A stretch of DNA of 64,000 nucleotides, taken from the NCBI GenBank assembly GCA_002269645.1, contig NIVC01000217.1, positions 496,001-560,000 on the forward strand, read 5' to 3'. The notes beneath the pieces are model-generated. The model had not been told where the DNA came from, searched no databases, and saw only the letters and a list, made by a program, of their open reading frames with translations. Position numbers and translations under genes: made by a program. Shown here piece after piece: positions 12,500-25,109 of the stretch (the first letter of the stretch is position 1; each line of letters starts with the position of its first letter). The stretch is from Macrostomum lignano (Eukaryota).

Positions 12500-15400
12500 T
12501 TGATTTTTATGATTTTCTATGATTTTTAAATGACGCTTCTACGATTTTTACATGACGCTTCTATGATTTTTTACATGACGCTTCTATGATTTTTTACATG
12601 ACGCTTCTATGATTGTTTACATGATGCTTCTATGATTTTTTAAATGACGCATCTATGATTTTTTTACATGACGCTTCTATGATTCTTTACATGACGCTTC
12701 TATGATTGTTTACATGACGCTACTATGATTTTTTTACATGATGCTTCTATGATTGTTTACATGACGCTTCTATGATTGTTTACATGACGCTTCTATGATT
12801 TTTTCATGACGCTTCTGTGATTGTTTACATGACGCTTCTATGATTGTTTACATGATGCTTTTATGATTGCTTACATGACGCTTCTATGATTGTTTACATG
12901 ACGCTTCTATGATTGTTTACATGACGCTTCTATGATTGCTTACATGACGCTTCTATGATTGTTTACATGACTCTTCTATGATTTTTTACATGACGCTTCT
13001 ATGGTTGTTTACATGACGCTTCTATGATTTTTACATGACGCTTCTATGATTTTTTATATGACGCTTGTATGATTTTTTTAAATGATGCATCTATGATTTT
13101 TATATGACGCTTCTATGATTTTTTACATGACGCTTCTATGATTGTTTACATGACGCTTCCATGATTTTTTAAATGACGCATCTATGATTTTTGCCTGACG
13201 CTTCTATGATTTTTTAAATGACGCTTCTACGATTTTTTACATGACGCTTCTATGATTGTTTACATGACGCTTCTATGATTGTTTACATGACGCTTCTATG
13301 ATTGTTTACATGACGCTTCTATGATTTTTTTACATGACGCTTCTATAATTGTTTACATGACGCTTCTATGATTTTTTACATGACGCTTCTATGATTGTTT
13401 ACATGACGCTTCTATGATTGTTTACATGACGCTTCTATGATTCTTTACGTGACGCTTCTATGATTTTCACATGACGCTTCTATGATTGTTTACATGACGC
13501 TTCCATGATTTTTTAAATGACGCATCTATGATTTTTATATGACGCTTCTATGATTTTTTTAAATGACGCTTCTATGATTGTTTACATGATGCTTCTATGA
13601 TTTTTTAAATGACGCATCTATGATTTTTATATGATGCTTCTATGATTTTTTAAATGACGCTTCTATGATTGTTTACATGACGCTTCTATGATTGTTTACA
13701 TGACGCTTCTATGATTCTTTACGTGACGCTTCTATGATTTTCACATGACGCTTCTATGATTGTTTACATGACGCTTCCATGATTTTTTAAATGACGCATC
13801 TATGATTTTTATATGACGCTTCTATGATTTTTTTAAATGACGCTTCTATGATTGTTTACATGATGCTTCTATGATTTTTTAAATGACGCATCTATGATTT
13901 TTATATGATGCTTCTATGATTTTTTAAATGACGCTTCTATGATTGTTTACATGATGCTTCTATGGTTTTTTAAATGACGCATCTATGATTTTTATATGAT
14001 GCTTCTATGATTTTTTAAATGACGCATCTATGATTTTTATATGACGCTTCTATAATTTTTTATATGACGCTTCTACGATTTTTTACATGACGCTACTATG
14101 ATTTTTACATGACGCTTCTTTTTAAAAAGTCTTTTAGTTTTCCTGACGTTGAAAAGCTTTAATTAAAAAAATTATACTCTATGAAAATTCGAACCATCGT
14201 CGCTGCATTTAGCAGTTCAGTCTGTTCACCTCTAGGCATCTATGATGCATCTATGATTTTTATATGACGCTTCTATGATTTTTTACATGACGCTTCTATG
14301 ATTGTTTACATGACGCTTCCATGATTTTTTAAATGACGCATCTATGATTTTTGCATGACGCTTCTATGATTTTTTAAATGACGCTTCTACGATTTTTTAC
14401 ATGACGCTTCTATGATTGTTTACATGACGCTTCTATGATTGTTTACATGACGCTTCTATGATTGTTTACATGACGCTTCTATGATTTTTTTACATGACGC
14501 TTCTATAATTGTTTACATGACGCTTCTATGATTTTTTACATGACGCTTCTATGATTGTTTACATGACGCTTCTATGATTGTTTACATGACGCTTCTATGA
14601 TTCTTTACGTGACGCTTCTATGATTTTCACATGACGCTTCTATGATTGTTTACATGACGCTTCCATGATTTTTTAAATGACGCATCTATGATTTTTATAT
14701 GATGCTTCTATGATTTTTTAAATGACGCTTCTATGATTGTTTACATGATGCTTCTATGGTTTTTTAAATGACGCATCTATGATTTTTATATGATGCTTCT
14801 ATGATTTTTTAAATGACGCATCTATGATTTTTATATGACGCTTCTATAATTTTTTATATGACGCTTCTACGATTTTTTACATGACGCTACTATGATTTTT
14901 TTACATGATGCTTCTATGATTGTTTACATGACGCTTCTATGATTGTTTACATGACGCTTCTATGATTTTTTCATGACGCTTCTGTGATTGTTTACATGAC
15001 GCTTCTATGATTGTTTACATGATGCTTTTATGATTGCTTACATGACGCTTCTATGATTGTTTACATGACGCTTCTATGATTGTTTACATGACGCTTCTAT
15101 GATTGCTTACATGACGCTTCTATGATTGTTTACATGACTCTTCTATGATTTTTTACATGACGCTTCTATGGTTGTTTACATGACGCTTCTATGATTTTTA
15201 CATGACGCTTCTATGATTTTTTATATGACGCTTGTATGATTTTTTTAAATGATGCATCTATGATTTTTATATGACGCTTCTATGATTTTTTACATGACGC
15301 TTCTATGATTGTTTACATGACGCTTCCATGATTTTTTAAATGACGCATCTATGATTTTTGCCTGACGCTTCTATGATTTTTTAAATGACGCTTCTACGAT

Positions 15401-16767
15401 TTTTTACATGACGCTTCTATGATTGTTTACATGACGCTTCTATGATTGTTTACATGACGCTTCTATGATTGTTTACATGACGCTTCTATGATTTTTTTAC
15501 ATGACGCTTCTATAATTGTTTACATGACGCTTCTATGATTTTTTACATGACGCTTCTATGATTGTTTACATGACGCTTCTATGATTGTTTACATGACGCT
15601 TCTATGATTCTTTACGTGACGCTTCTATGATTTTCACATGACGCTTCTATGATTGTTTACATGACGCTTCCATGATTTTTTAAATGACGCATCTATGATT
15701 TTTATATGACGCTTCTATGATTTTTTTAAATGACGCTTCTATGATTGTTTACATGATGCTTCTATGATTTTTTAAATGACGCATCTATGATTTTTATATG
15801 ATGCTTCTATGATTTTTTAAATGACGCTTCTATGATTGTTTACATGACGCTTCTATGATTGTTTACATGACGCTTCTATGATTCTTTACGTGACGCTTCT
15901 ATGATTTTCACATGACGCTTCTATGATTGTTTACATGACGCTTCCATGATTTTTTAAATGACGCATCTATGATTTTTATATGACGCTTCTATGATTTTTT
16001 AAATGACGCTTCTACGATTTTTTACATGACGCTTCTATGATTGTTTACATGACGCTTCTATGATTGTTTACATGACGCTTCTATGATTTTTTACATGACG
16101 CTTCTATGATTGTTTACATGACGCTTCTATGATTGTTTACATGACGCTTCTATGATTCTTTACGTGACGCTTCTATGATTTTCACATGACGCTTCTATGA
16201 TTGTTTACATGACGCTTCCATGATTTTTTAAATGACGCATCTATGATTTTTATATGATGCTTCTATGATTTTTTAAATGACGCTTCTATGATTGTTTACA
16301 TGATGCTTCTATGGTTTTTTAAATGACGCATCTATGATTTTTATATGATGCTTCTATGATTTTTTAAATGACGCATCTATGATTGTTTACATGATGCTTC
16401 TATGGTTTTTTAAATGACGCATCTATGATTTTTATATGATGCTTCTATGATTTTTTAAATGACGCATCTATGATTTTTATATGACGCTTCTATAATTTTT
16501 TATATGACGCTTCTACGATTTTTTACATGACGCTACTATGATTTTTTTACATGATGCTTCTATGATTGTTTACATGACGCTTCTATGATTGTTTACATGA
16601 CGCTTCTATGATTTTTTCATGACGCTTCTGTGATTGTTTACATGACGCTTCTATGATTGTTTACATGATGCTTTTATGATTGCTTACATGACGCTTCTAT
16701 GATTGTTTACATGACGCTTCTATGATTGTTTACATGACGCTTCTATGATTGCTTACATGACGCTTCT
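12500..16767. repeat. Minisatellite array of a 21-23-bp unit (ACATGACGCTTCTATGATTGTTT), about 4.3 kb
   Basis: Read directly; unit length varies through the T-run; interrupted once at 14119-14237. Confidence 0.99.
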
Positions 16768-16829
16768 TTTTAAAAAGTCTTTTAGTTTTCCTGACGTTGA
16801 AAAGCTTTAATTAAAAAAATTATACTCTA

Positions 16830-16890
16830 TGAAAATTCGAACCATCGTCGCTGCATTTAGCAGTTCAGTCTGTTCACCTCTAGGCTAGTT
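16830..16890 (-). other. tRNA-like Pol III A/B-box sequence bordering the minisatellite (copies also at about 10050-10105 and 14185-14237)
   Basis: Reverse strand tagcctagaggtgaacagactgaactgctaaatgcagcgacgatggttcgaat contains an A-box-like TAGCCTAGAGG and a B-box GGTTCGAAT; no complete acceptor stem. Confidence 0.55.
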
Positions 16891-17139
16891 CTCATCTTTT
16901 TGATAACATCAAATTTTGCACTTATATATATATATAATTCAACAGTTTAAAATCCAAGCATAGAGTAAATCACACGAAGCAGTTATGACATAATCAGTTT
17001 CTCAGTCAGTCAGTATCAGTTAACAATATGGTTACGCAATTTAAATCAAGTCTGGTGCTACGCTTCCACACTGCATTTTCAATTCAAGTCGGAGTTACAA
17101 TTCAGTGATGATGCAATCTATTTCAGAACCAGAATTCAA

Positions 17140-17410
17140 CCAGTCAGTTTTTTCTCTAGCATTCTTACAATGCATTTCAAGTCGAAAAGTTTGCTTGACC
17201 TTTGCAAAAAAGCATGTTTTTCGAATATTTAATGCCTTTAGCATCGAGCAATTTCTTAGCCGCGATGCATGTACAGTCACGGGAAAATTTCTGATCGAAC
17301 AGTGCAAGTTTGAACAAAATCGGTCCAGCCATTTTTTCTCTAATCGATCACATAGATAGATAGATAGATAGATAGATAGACACAGACAGACCATTTTTAG
17401 TATATAGGAT
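17140..17410 (+). mobile_element. Helitron-like non-autonomous element end with (GATA)n
   Basis: aaaatcggtccagcc...gatagatagatagacacagacagaccatttttagtatatagga; related to 11160-11400. Confidence 0.45.
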
Positions 17411-18356
17411 TCAAGAAATGAGCAACAAAATAACAGCATAATATTCAGGAGCAATACTTATAATATTCAGTATCATTAATTAATTATAGCTTAGTAGTAT
17501 TCTCAAGTAGCATATGAGTAGCAGACTAAATTGCAGACTAATTTTAGGTAATTTTTCATATGACCACGAGGCTTTCCTATCCTACGAATTTGACGCCAAA
17601 ACACTAAAGCTGTTAAATGCAAAGATTGGGTCTAAGCCAGATGAAATTTATCAAAGGATATTGTCACTCTTCATCAGCATAAAGCGTTTAGGCAATTTGT
17701 CTGGATAATGCCTAGTATTCATGTCGTGTCGTAGCAATAAGAAGAACTCTTTTCTATTTAAGAGAGCTCTTAGCTGAGCATAGAATACGAGACTGCAACT
17801 GATAGCCAAACCGGCCTTTATATTAACTTGAAAACGACCGACGGCAACATGCCGCCTACATTACGAGTACAGCGCGATCAAAATTTAAGCTTTAGCATAT
17901 AGATAGAAAGATGCAACGTGCTGCGCGTGCACACTAAGTACATTGGTAATGAGTACATTAGATATTAAGTGCGCAGATACGCAAGGCGAGTCAGAGATAG
18001 TTGATGAGCCCCGGCAAGCGGCGCCACAATTCAGAAATACTTCCCGTACTATAATTCACCGGCATTCGTAGACCGAACAGTATCATCCTAACTTAAAGTA
18101 TGGATGCTAAGTGTTGCTAAATGAGGACCATTTATGGTCCGGGAGTGAAAAGTAGCTTTATGTACTCAGGCAGGTAAAGGGCCTATGAACTTAAGCAACA
18201 AATGAATGAAACACTCAACTAGTGACAAGTTTTCAGTGCCAACCACTTCAAATTTGACCCTGGACTACTCCGTTGGAGGTTAAAAGTCCGACTTAACCTC
18301 ATCCGTGGGAACGGACTTCTGTGCGCAGAGCTGTGCTACACCTGATGCAATGCAAC

Positions 18357-19110
18357 TATCACGATCGAATCTGCTTCGTGCACAAAAACGGGTTGGCATT
18401 AGTTGTGACTTGTACGTCGTCACACTTCAGCCAGACTCCTCCCTGCAGCACGCAGCAGGTGTAGTAGCCGTGCGCGAGAGAGCTTCCGTGATGCGACAGT
18501 GTGGAAATGGGGTATTCGAGGCTGGACACGCTGCCAGCACAACTGCACCAGTTGATGCTACTGTAAAGCTTCTGGCCACGCTGTCCTGTTCAGTCGAAGT
18601 GAAGCAACGTCACTCGACCAGTGGACACCCGCACCTCCTCCACGCATTGCTCTGCACAGCTCGCAGTGCTACGCGGCACTCGATGTGGTGCTGTGGCCAC
18701 TGTGTACAAACCATCGAGACTGAGCGGGCTGGCTGGTGAACTGGTGCAGCAGGATGGTGAGCACACGGCTGTATGTGGATTCTGTGGTGGAATCCACAGC
18801 TGTGGCAGCCACTGCACGGGCGAAGTATCGAAAACTCAGTGAGGTAGCTGCCTTTGAGCGTGAGATGCGGAATAATGCACTCCAACAGCTCGTTCGTGCA
18901 ATGCTGCTACCTCGGCTGAAACTTCTGCGGGAACTGCAGCCTCACTGCTGCCCCAGGTCCAGTTGCCATGGCAGCCAGCAGACTGTGCAGCGAGTTGTGG
19001 ATTTCACTGCCTCGCGTTTGCTTGATGATTTGAGCCTCGCAATCCAGGAAGTGGAACAGCTGCGACACAACATTGGCGTAGCACTGCAGGCTTTTTTTCA
19101 ACAGACCGAA
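18357..19110 (-). pseudogene. Decayed intronless ubiquitin-specific protease (USP/peptidase C19)-like sequence
   Basis: Manual translation: Cys box GLLKKSLQCYANVVSQLF (cf. GLxNxGNTCYxNSVLQ), FQPR*QHCTNELL (cf. QQDAxEFL; TAG at 18909-18907), RVTLLHFD*, His box LSHHGSSLAHGYYTCCVLQGGVWLKCDD (cf. VxHxGxxxxGHYxxxxxxxxWxxxDD). Stops and frameshifts are present. Confidence 0.7.
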
Positions 19111-19895
19111 CAGCTTTGCCTGTGTTGCGGCAGGTCGTACTGTCGCGGCAGTACAACGCTTAAAGAAGAAGAGACACTTTATTGATCTCCCGTCTTTGAA
19201 TCTAATTTGATTTCGGAAGTATATTTGACTTCAGATTGCAGATAGTTGATTTGCTACAGTTAGTAAAATAACGTTTGCCTGAATCGCATTGTACATCAAT
19301 AAATTTATAATGATGTTTCATCCTAGTCTTTTTCTGAATTTCAGGTTAATTTATTCGTTTATTCTCGCGATCTCATGGTTGTAAATTCATTTTTATGTAC
19401 TTTTTTCCGGTCATTTTTCAGGTTTCTAATTCATTTATTTCGCTAATCCATGCCACATGATTCATTTTCCTTGTTATGCAGATACATGTACGGGCTATGT
19501 AAGACCTAAAGCGCCCTACGAATGATATCGGCAAACACGCGAACTTCATTAAACTCTAAATTGCAACAAATAGTACGTATAAATCCAAAAAAGCTTTCTA
19601 CTGAAGTTTAACAACATTTACTCCACAGTAAGTCAGTCCCCGGCTACCTGAAGAAAATTTTCAACTTTTTTTAGACAAAATGCACTGGCAGTGCCTCTGT
19701 TTTCACGAACACATTCACAGGAAATAGAAAACCAGGCATATGAATTCAGCTCGTATAAGTAAATTTGGTGTTAACCTTCATTTTTTTATTTTTTATTAAA
19801 CGACCATCGCCACCAGCTTTTGAGTTAATCGATAAAAAACTCCGAGAAAAACGTTTGAGTTATAGTATGGCCTTAAGCCTCTCGGAGTTGCGCGC

Positions 19896-20651
19896 TCAGC
19901 CACGCTGGTAGAGAGTCCAGTCGGGTCCGGTCAGGCTGGCTGGCGGGTAGGCGAACGCCAGCAGGTGGCAGGCGAGCAGCCGCTTGGAGAAAACGGCGGC
20001 CTGGCAGTCGGCTCTGGCGCTGCACTGAAGTAGGCAGTCAGCGTCAGACTGGGCAGCGGCCGGCCAGGCTGAAGTTGAGTCGGAAGTCACCGGAGTACTC
20101 GACTGCCGCACCACCGTGTAGGTGTTGTTGCCCAGACCTTTTAAAAAAAAATAAACTGTTTTGTCTCAGCTTTTATGCATTAATTCAGTGCATGTCACTG
20201 AATTCTATTAGGCTGAAAGGAGGTGCATACCGGTAAAAGTCAGAGCAAACACCGAGTTGCGATAACGTCCTCCGCACATCTTATTTGAGTTTCTAGGGCA
20301 CTTCATGTTACAGTCGCTCTCGTTAGCCTTGCCGTACGATCCGTAGGAGTTGCCGCAGAAGCACTGCTTGCTGTACTGCAGCCCGAAGTAGGCAAAGCCG
20401 CCAAGAGCGCAGATAGCGCTACAAAACTCGGGCGACATCTCTCTGTCATTCCACACGCACATGGGATCAGTAACGCTGAACTCTCCAATGCGGCTGGAGT
20501 TACTCAGCCCGTTTATGTCTCTGCTGCCACCCTCTACGTCCACATAGCAGCCCAGATAGGATAAGTGCAACAGCCTGCCAGCGGCGCAGGCCAGGGCGGC
20601 GCAGAGCAGAAGCGATAGGCGAATCGTGCGTTGCATTTTGATTCTTTGCAA
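19896..20651 (-). CDS. Secreted WSC + PAN/Apple-like protein, copy 2 (exons 20651-20231, 20137-19896)
   Basis: Signal peptide, complete WSC Cys pattern, phase-1 GT-AG intron and PAN-like exon; open frame throughout. Confidence 0.88.
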
Positions 20652-20705
20652 GAGTCTAATGTGGCTGCTAATCTAGATTGCAGAAAAGTTGAGACTTACT
20701 AGAGG

Positions 20706-20755
20706 TTAAATACATACTGCTTTTTAGTTAGCAGCCAATGGACACGCCATCCAAT
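20706..20755 (-). promoter_or_regulatory. Putative core promoter of WSC-PAN copy 2 (TATA-like TATTTAA plus paired CCAAT boxes)
   Basis: CCAAT at 20735-39 and 20751-55; the same arrangement occurs upstream of the paralogs. Confidence 0.4.
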
Positions 20756-21866
20756 GACGATGACGGCCTATCACCCGTTTTCACGTCTTTCAAGGCCTAT
20801 CAACATCGTTCGTCAGGTTGAGCTCTAAGTCAATAAGTATGGGTTTTAATGTCTGGAACCTAACGAGGCCTGTCAGATGCGTCTCATCAGGGGCATAGCC
20901 AGGACTCGTCATTGAGAGGCTGATATTCTATGCGCATTTTTCTAGTTTTGAATCGCTGTCTAATAAGTTGCTCAACTCGATTGGAAGATTTGAATTTATT
21001 TTATTATTTTATTATTTTTTTATTTTTTTTACATAATTTATCATAAAAATTGTTTCGCCATAGCGAGCGACGTCTGCCTGTCTCCGGTTGAGAGGAAGAT
21101 GGATGAAGGTTGAAGGGAATGACGAGGTGAGGGAGCTTCCTTCATCTGGTTCAAGGGGTGTTTCATCGTACATGTACATCGAAGGGGGGCAAAAAACCAA
21201 TTATTTATCATATACTATGAAGAACGACATTGCTCGTATAAACACTGTACAGGCTAGTATTGCCAGTCATTGGGAAGATGGCACTCTATTGGTTACGCCC
21301 TCCGTGAACTGTCTCATACGGCAGCAGGATAAAAAGTCTTTGTTTCATTTGTTGTGCCCAAAAATGACTAATTTACAGATATAAGCGGTAAAGACGCTCC
21401 ATAGCCCAATCGGCCTTTTTCATCGTTGACGCAGGCCAACAACTCTCCTTCAATTTCTTCATTTATGATCATCCTGAAAATTTGGATTTCTTCATGCTTC
21501 TCTTCGTAGAAGTCAAGCAACTCAGCAGAAATAAACTCCGACGTGTCTAGAGATGTTTTATTTTCCCCGCCAATTGATTCAGTTGAACAGCCAAGTAAAC
21601 TATCTTTCTGGTCTCGCAGAATTTAAACCGCCGCCGTCTGCTCTGGTAGCTCGTTGCGCGAATTGACAGCCTTCTCTCCAGCCGGTGAAACTCCGACAAC
21701 AATTGCACTCGTGTTCTTCTGCATTGACACAGATACACCGATGTGTCTCTCCACAGCGGAACTGGAATGTCCAGTCACGCGACATATGTCCGCACGCTGT
21801 ACACCAGACACGAGTCCTCAGCCGACTTCGTTTTGGGGGGTATTCCTTTTTGCGGCTTAGATGGTA

Positions 21867-23429
21867 CTGCAAGCTTTCAATTTAATCATAGATACGGAAA
21901 TCAGACTTGAGAGACAGAAAGTTTTTGTCTATGGTCGTCACTCGTTGACATAGCGGAGTTCAATTTAAGCCTGAGGGCATCAATTTGATTATTCTAATCA
22001 TTTAACGTTAGATATCCAGTGCTATAACACAAATCGTTTACCTATCCTTGAGAAAAACTAAAAGTAGAACTACACAATAAACAAATAAACGCTTTTAGCG
22101 CTGGGTGTCGTCGAGTCAAAAAAGGTTTAGAGGACTGGCTGTCCGGCGATGCTGGGTGGAATAAACCCTCAGCATCTGCCGGTACAGCCTCCGAATTTTG
22201 CAGTAATTTTGCAGTCTGTAGGACAAGGATTTGCCACTCTCGTAGCGAATGAGTGTCAGGCGGAGTGTCAAGCTTTTGCAATTGTGGTTGAGCCATCTGG
22301 CGTTTGATGGCTGCCTTCAGGCAAGCGTGCGCGTTTTCCACAGGATTGAGGAATGGCAAGTATGGAGGCAATGTCACCAGGCGCAAAGCGGGCTGAAATT
22401 GATCTGGGATATTGTCACTCCATGATGAAAACGGGTTCCATAATCAAACAGAACTCCTCGCCATCAGGTACATCACCAGATCGCTTTGCACCAGATCATT
22501 GATGAACGTCTGGAACCTGGCTGCCGTCATAGTCTCTCCGAGTATCGTATGATGTACCACGCCGAGATTAGGTGCAATTGCTTGCACAACGTTCATCTGC
22601 ACTCCACGTTGCGTGTGAACTTTTGCGTCTAGGCTGCGACCTTGAGTCCGACGTGTCCAGATGTTAAAACTTGTCTCGTCGATGACAATCAAGTGAATCT
22701 CAGGGGACAATCCAGTCAACCTCTGAGCAAACTCTCAAAATTCGATTCTCTGCAGAATTTCTCGCGATTGGAATTTCGGCATCTCGGCTAAAGCATTTTA
22801 GAGTGATGAGCTGCTTGTCCAACATTCGGCTTACAGTTGACTCACATACTTGCAACTCCGGATCCGCTTCACGAAGCTTAAGCTTCAGCTAGCAGAGGGT
22901 TTTCTTCAATTAATTCCAGTAGGTGCTGCACATGAGCGTCAGTAAGTTTCACTAGACGAGCACCTTCTCGACAATTAGTCGGTTCCTGCGACCAGTGAGT
23001 TCGTACCGCCTTCAAATCGAGCAAACAGTACGGACTTTCACCTAAGTAGCCACTGAGAAATTTTCATCGGAACATCGCCGAGCTCTTAGGCGGTGACAAT
23101 CGGACCGCACTTCTCATCGCTAATCTTGTTGTACTGAACGCGGTGTACTTAAGCTAGCTGGTCGATGTCGTCATTTGCTGGTCGATGTCGTTATTTGCAG
23201 TTTCAAAACTCCACTCACTGCCATCCTCTTCGAGTAGCTCGTCCAAATTACTCATTTAAAAAAACAGGCCAGGTAAAAACAACTTACGATGACAGTAAAA
23301 ATGTTCATTGAATACATAGAATGATCAAATTGATGTTTGATCTATGCCAACGAGTGTCGACGATAGACAGAAAATTCTCAGTCTCGCAAGTCTGATTTCC
23401 GTATCTATGATTAAACTGAAAGCTTGCAG
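21867..23429 (-). mobile_element. Tc1/mariner (IS630-like) DNA transposon with disrupted transposase
   Basis: TA flanks at 21865-66 and 23430-31; TIRs of more than 100 bp (ctgcaagctttcaatttaatcatagatacggaaatcagacttg...); transposase fragments LIVIDETSFN and LPPYLPFLNPVEN with frameshifts. Confidence 0.88.
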
Positions 23430-25109
23430 TAACAACTAGGCCGCAATATTTGGCGTCGGCTACTAAAAAAACTTCTAAAATTCCCATTTTATTAACTTTA
23501 ATAATAATATGGCGCGCTCTAAATAACTACTCCTAGTATAGCGGAGAAAATGTCAGCCGTATTTTATTGTCTGTTTAAATTCATCTGACGTATCTATCTA
23601 GTGCACAGAGGCTCCACTGCAGGGCAATGCCGTCATTCTCTACTATGAGTTGAATTTGCGGCACATAAGTCGTAGTCTTTAGAGCACAGCATTAAAATGA
23701 AATTGAAATTCCTGCCATCGGAGGCTGCGACCAAAGCCACGATCCGTTCTGCAAATTTATGAGCAGCTCATTGCTTCTGTCTCCGTGCTTCTGTCTTCGC
23801 TCTCTTGAAGTGCCCAGGTGCTTAATTTTTTGGCAGCCTATACTCATTTGAGGGCGTTCGGGGAGCCTTTGTGCTGCTCAGAATCTTTTCAAAGAACTTC
23901 TCCCCGTCCTCTTAGCCTGTCTATTTCTGAGAAGCGTGTGCTTGAATCTAATACAAAATGGCCGATCTCAGCTGAAGCGTAACAATGGCTCTTAGCATGA
24001 ATGTCTCATCATGAGCTGTAGATAAAGCATGGAAGAGAAGCTTCCATAAATAGCCCGCGCTGAATGCTCTTCTTGGCTGCAGTCTCATATGAGCTACTGG
24101 AAACAAATAGGGGCATCTGTGAGCTTTGATTGTCTCCATCTCGTTTTCTTTCTAGCTGTCGTAATTGTATCGCATCATAAGTCTGGCAATCATACGGGTG
24201 GCTGCTGTTGTGTCTAACTGTCTGGACTTGAAACGCATGCACTTCTGACCATCGTGTTTGTCCTGCAGTGTTTTGCCCGATTATTACTCTATTCGTCCCA
24301 TCTCGCGTTCTAGCAAAAATTTAAACTTGAGAACGCCATTATTTCTGATGAAAGACTTATTAGAAATTCACATTGAAGTGATGTTAAATATTTTTTTTCT
24401 AATTAGTGTGCTTATATTTGTAATTTGTATATTTTTACAATATTTCTCACGCTGGAGTCAAGAGTTCTACAGCATTGATAAAAAACTTAGTTTTTAATGA
24501 TTCATAAACTTTATGCAGCTTGAATTTAGGTATCAAATTTTTTAATTTAGGAAACTTGAGAAAGCGGTTTTAACTCCAAGTACAAGCTGCGAGGCGCGAG
24601 GCTAAAAGTCTAGAGTGTACATCTAAAAAATTGTCTTTTAATACAGAGCTGGAAGTATTATATATGGAAAGGGCCGGAAGTGGGACGGATGGAAGGAGTG
24701 CACAATGGCCACAGTAGGGAGAGCGCGGGTGAAACGATGGCTAATCTACAAGAGAAAAAGGTTGAAAATACAAAACAAATTTGAGATAACCACTGAGCTC
24801 TCGTTTGATCGCGAGCAGGATGCGAAAGTAAGACGGCTTGAAGAAAGTCGACATCAAGAATGAAGAGTGCCCCATAGCGGCGCAGTACTTTAATTACTGG
24901 CTCACGGGATAGAAGGTAAAGATCATTGCGAAAAATTGGAGCGGACCACGATACGAGTATCAAATTAGGCTCAGAAAGCCGTTAGTTCATCATCCGTTCA
25001 TCAAATCATACCGTGAATTTTATAGCGACCGTTGATATCAAAATTTGTTTCAAGTGCTTGCTGTCTTCCATTTTAGTCAGTTACTTAGCTCGTTTTGTTA
25101 AGTCCGACA

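Noticed and set aside
12500-16767. CRISPR-like array
   Set aside because: Units are contiguous with no unique spacers, there are no cas genes, and the context is eukaryotic.
18305-19185. Plus-strand 144- and 149-aa ORFs
   Set aside because: Antisense shadows of the decayed USP sequence.
20860-20900. Hammerhead ribozyme (CTGATGAG on the minus strand)
   Set aside because: No stem II closed by GAAA downstream.
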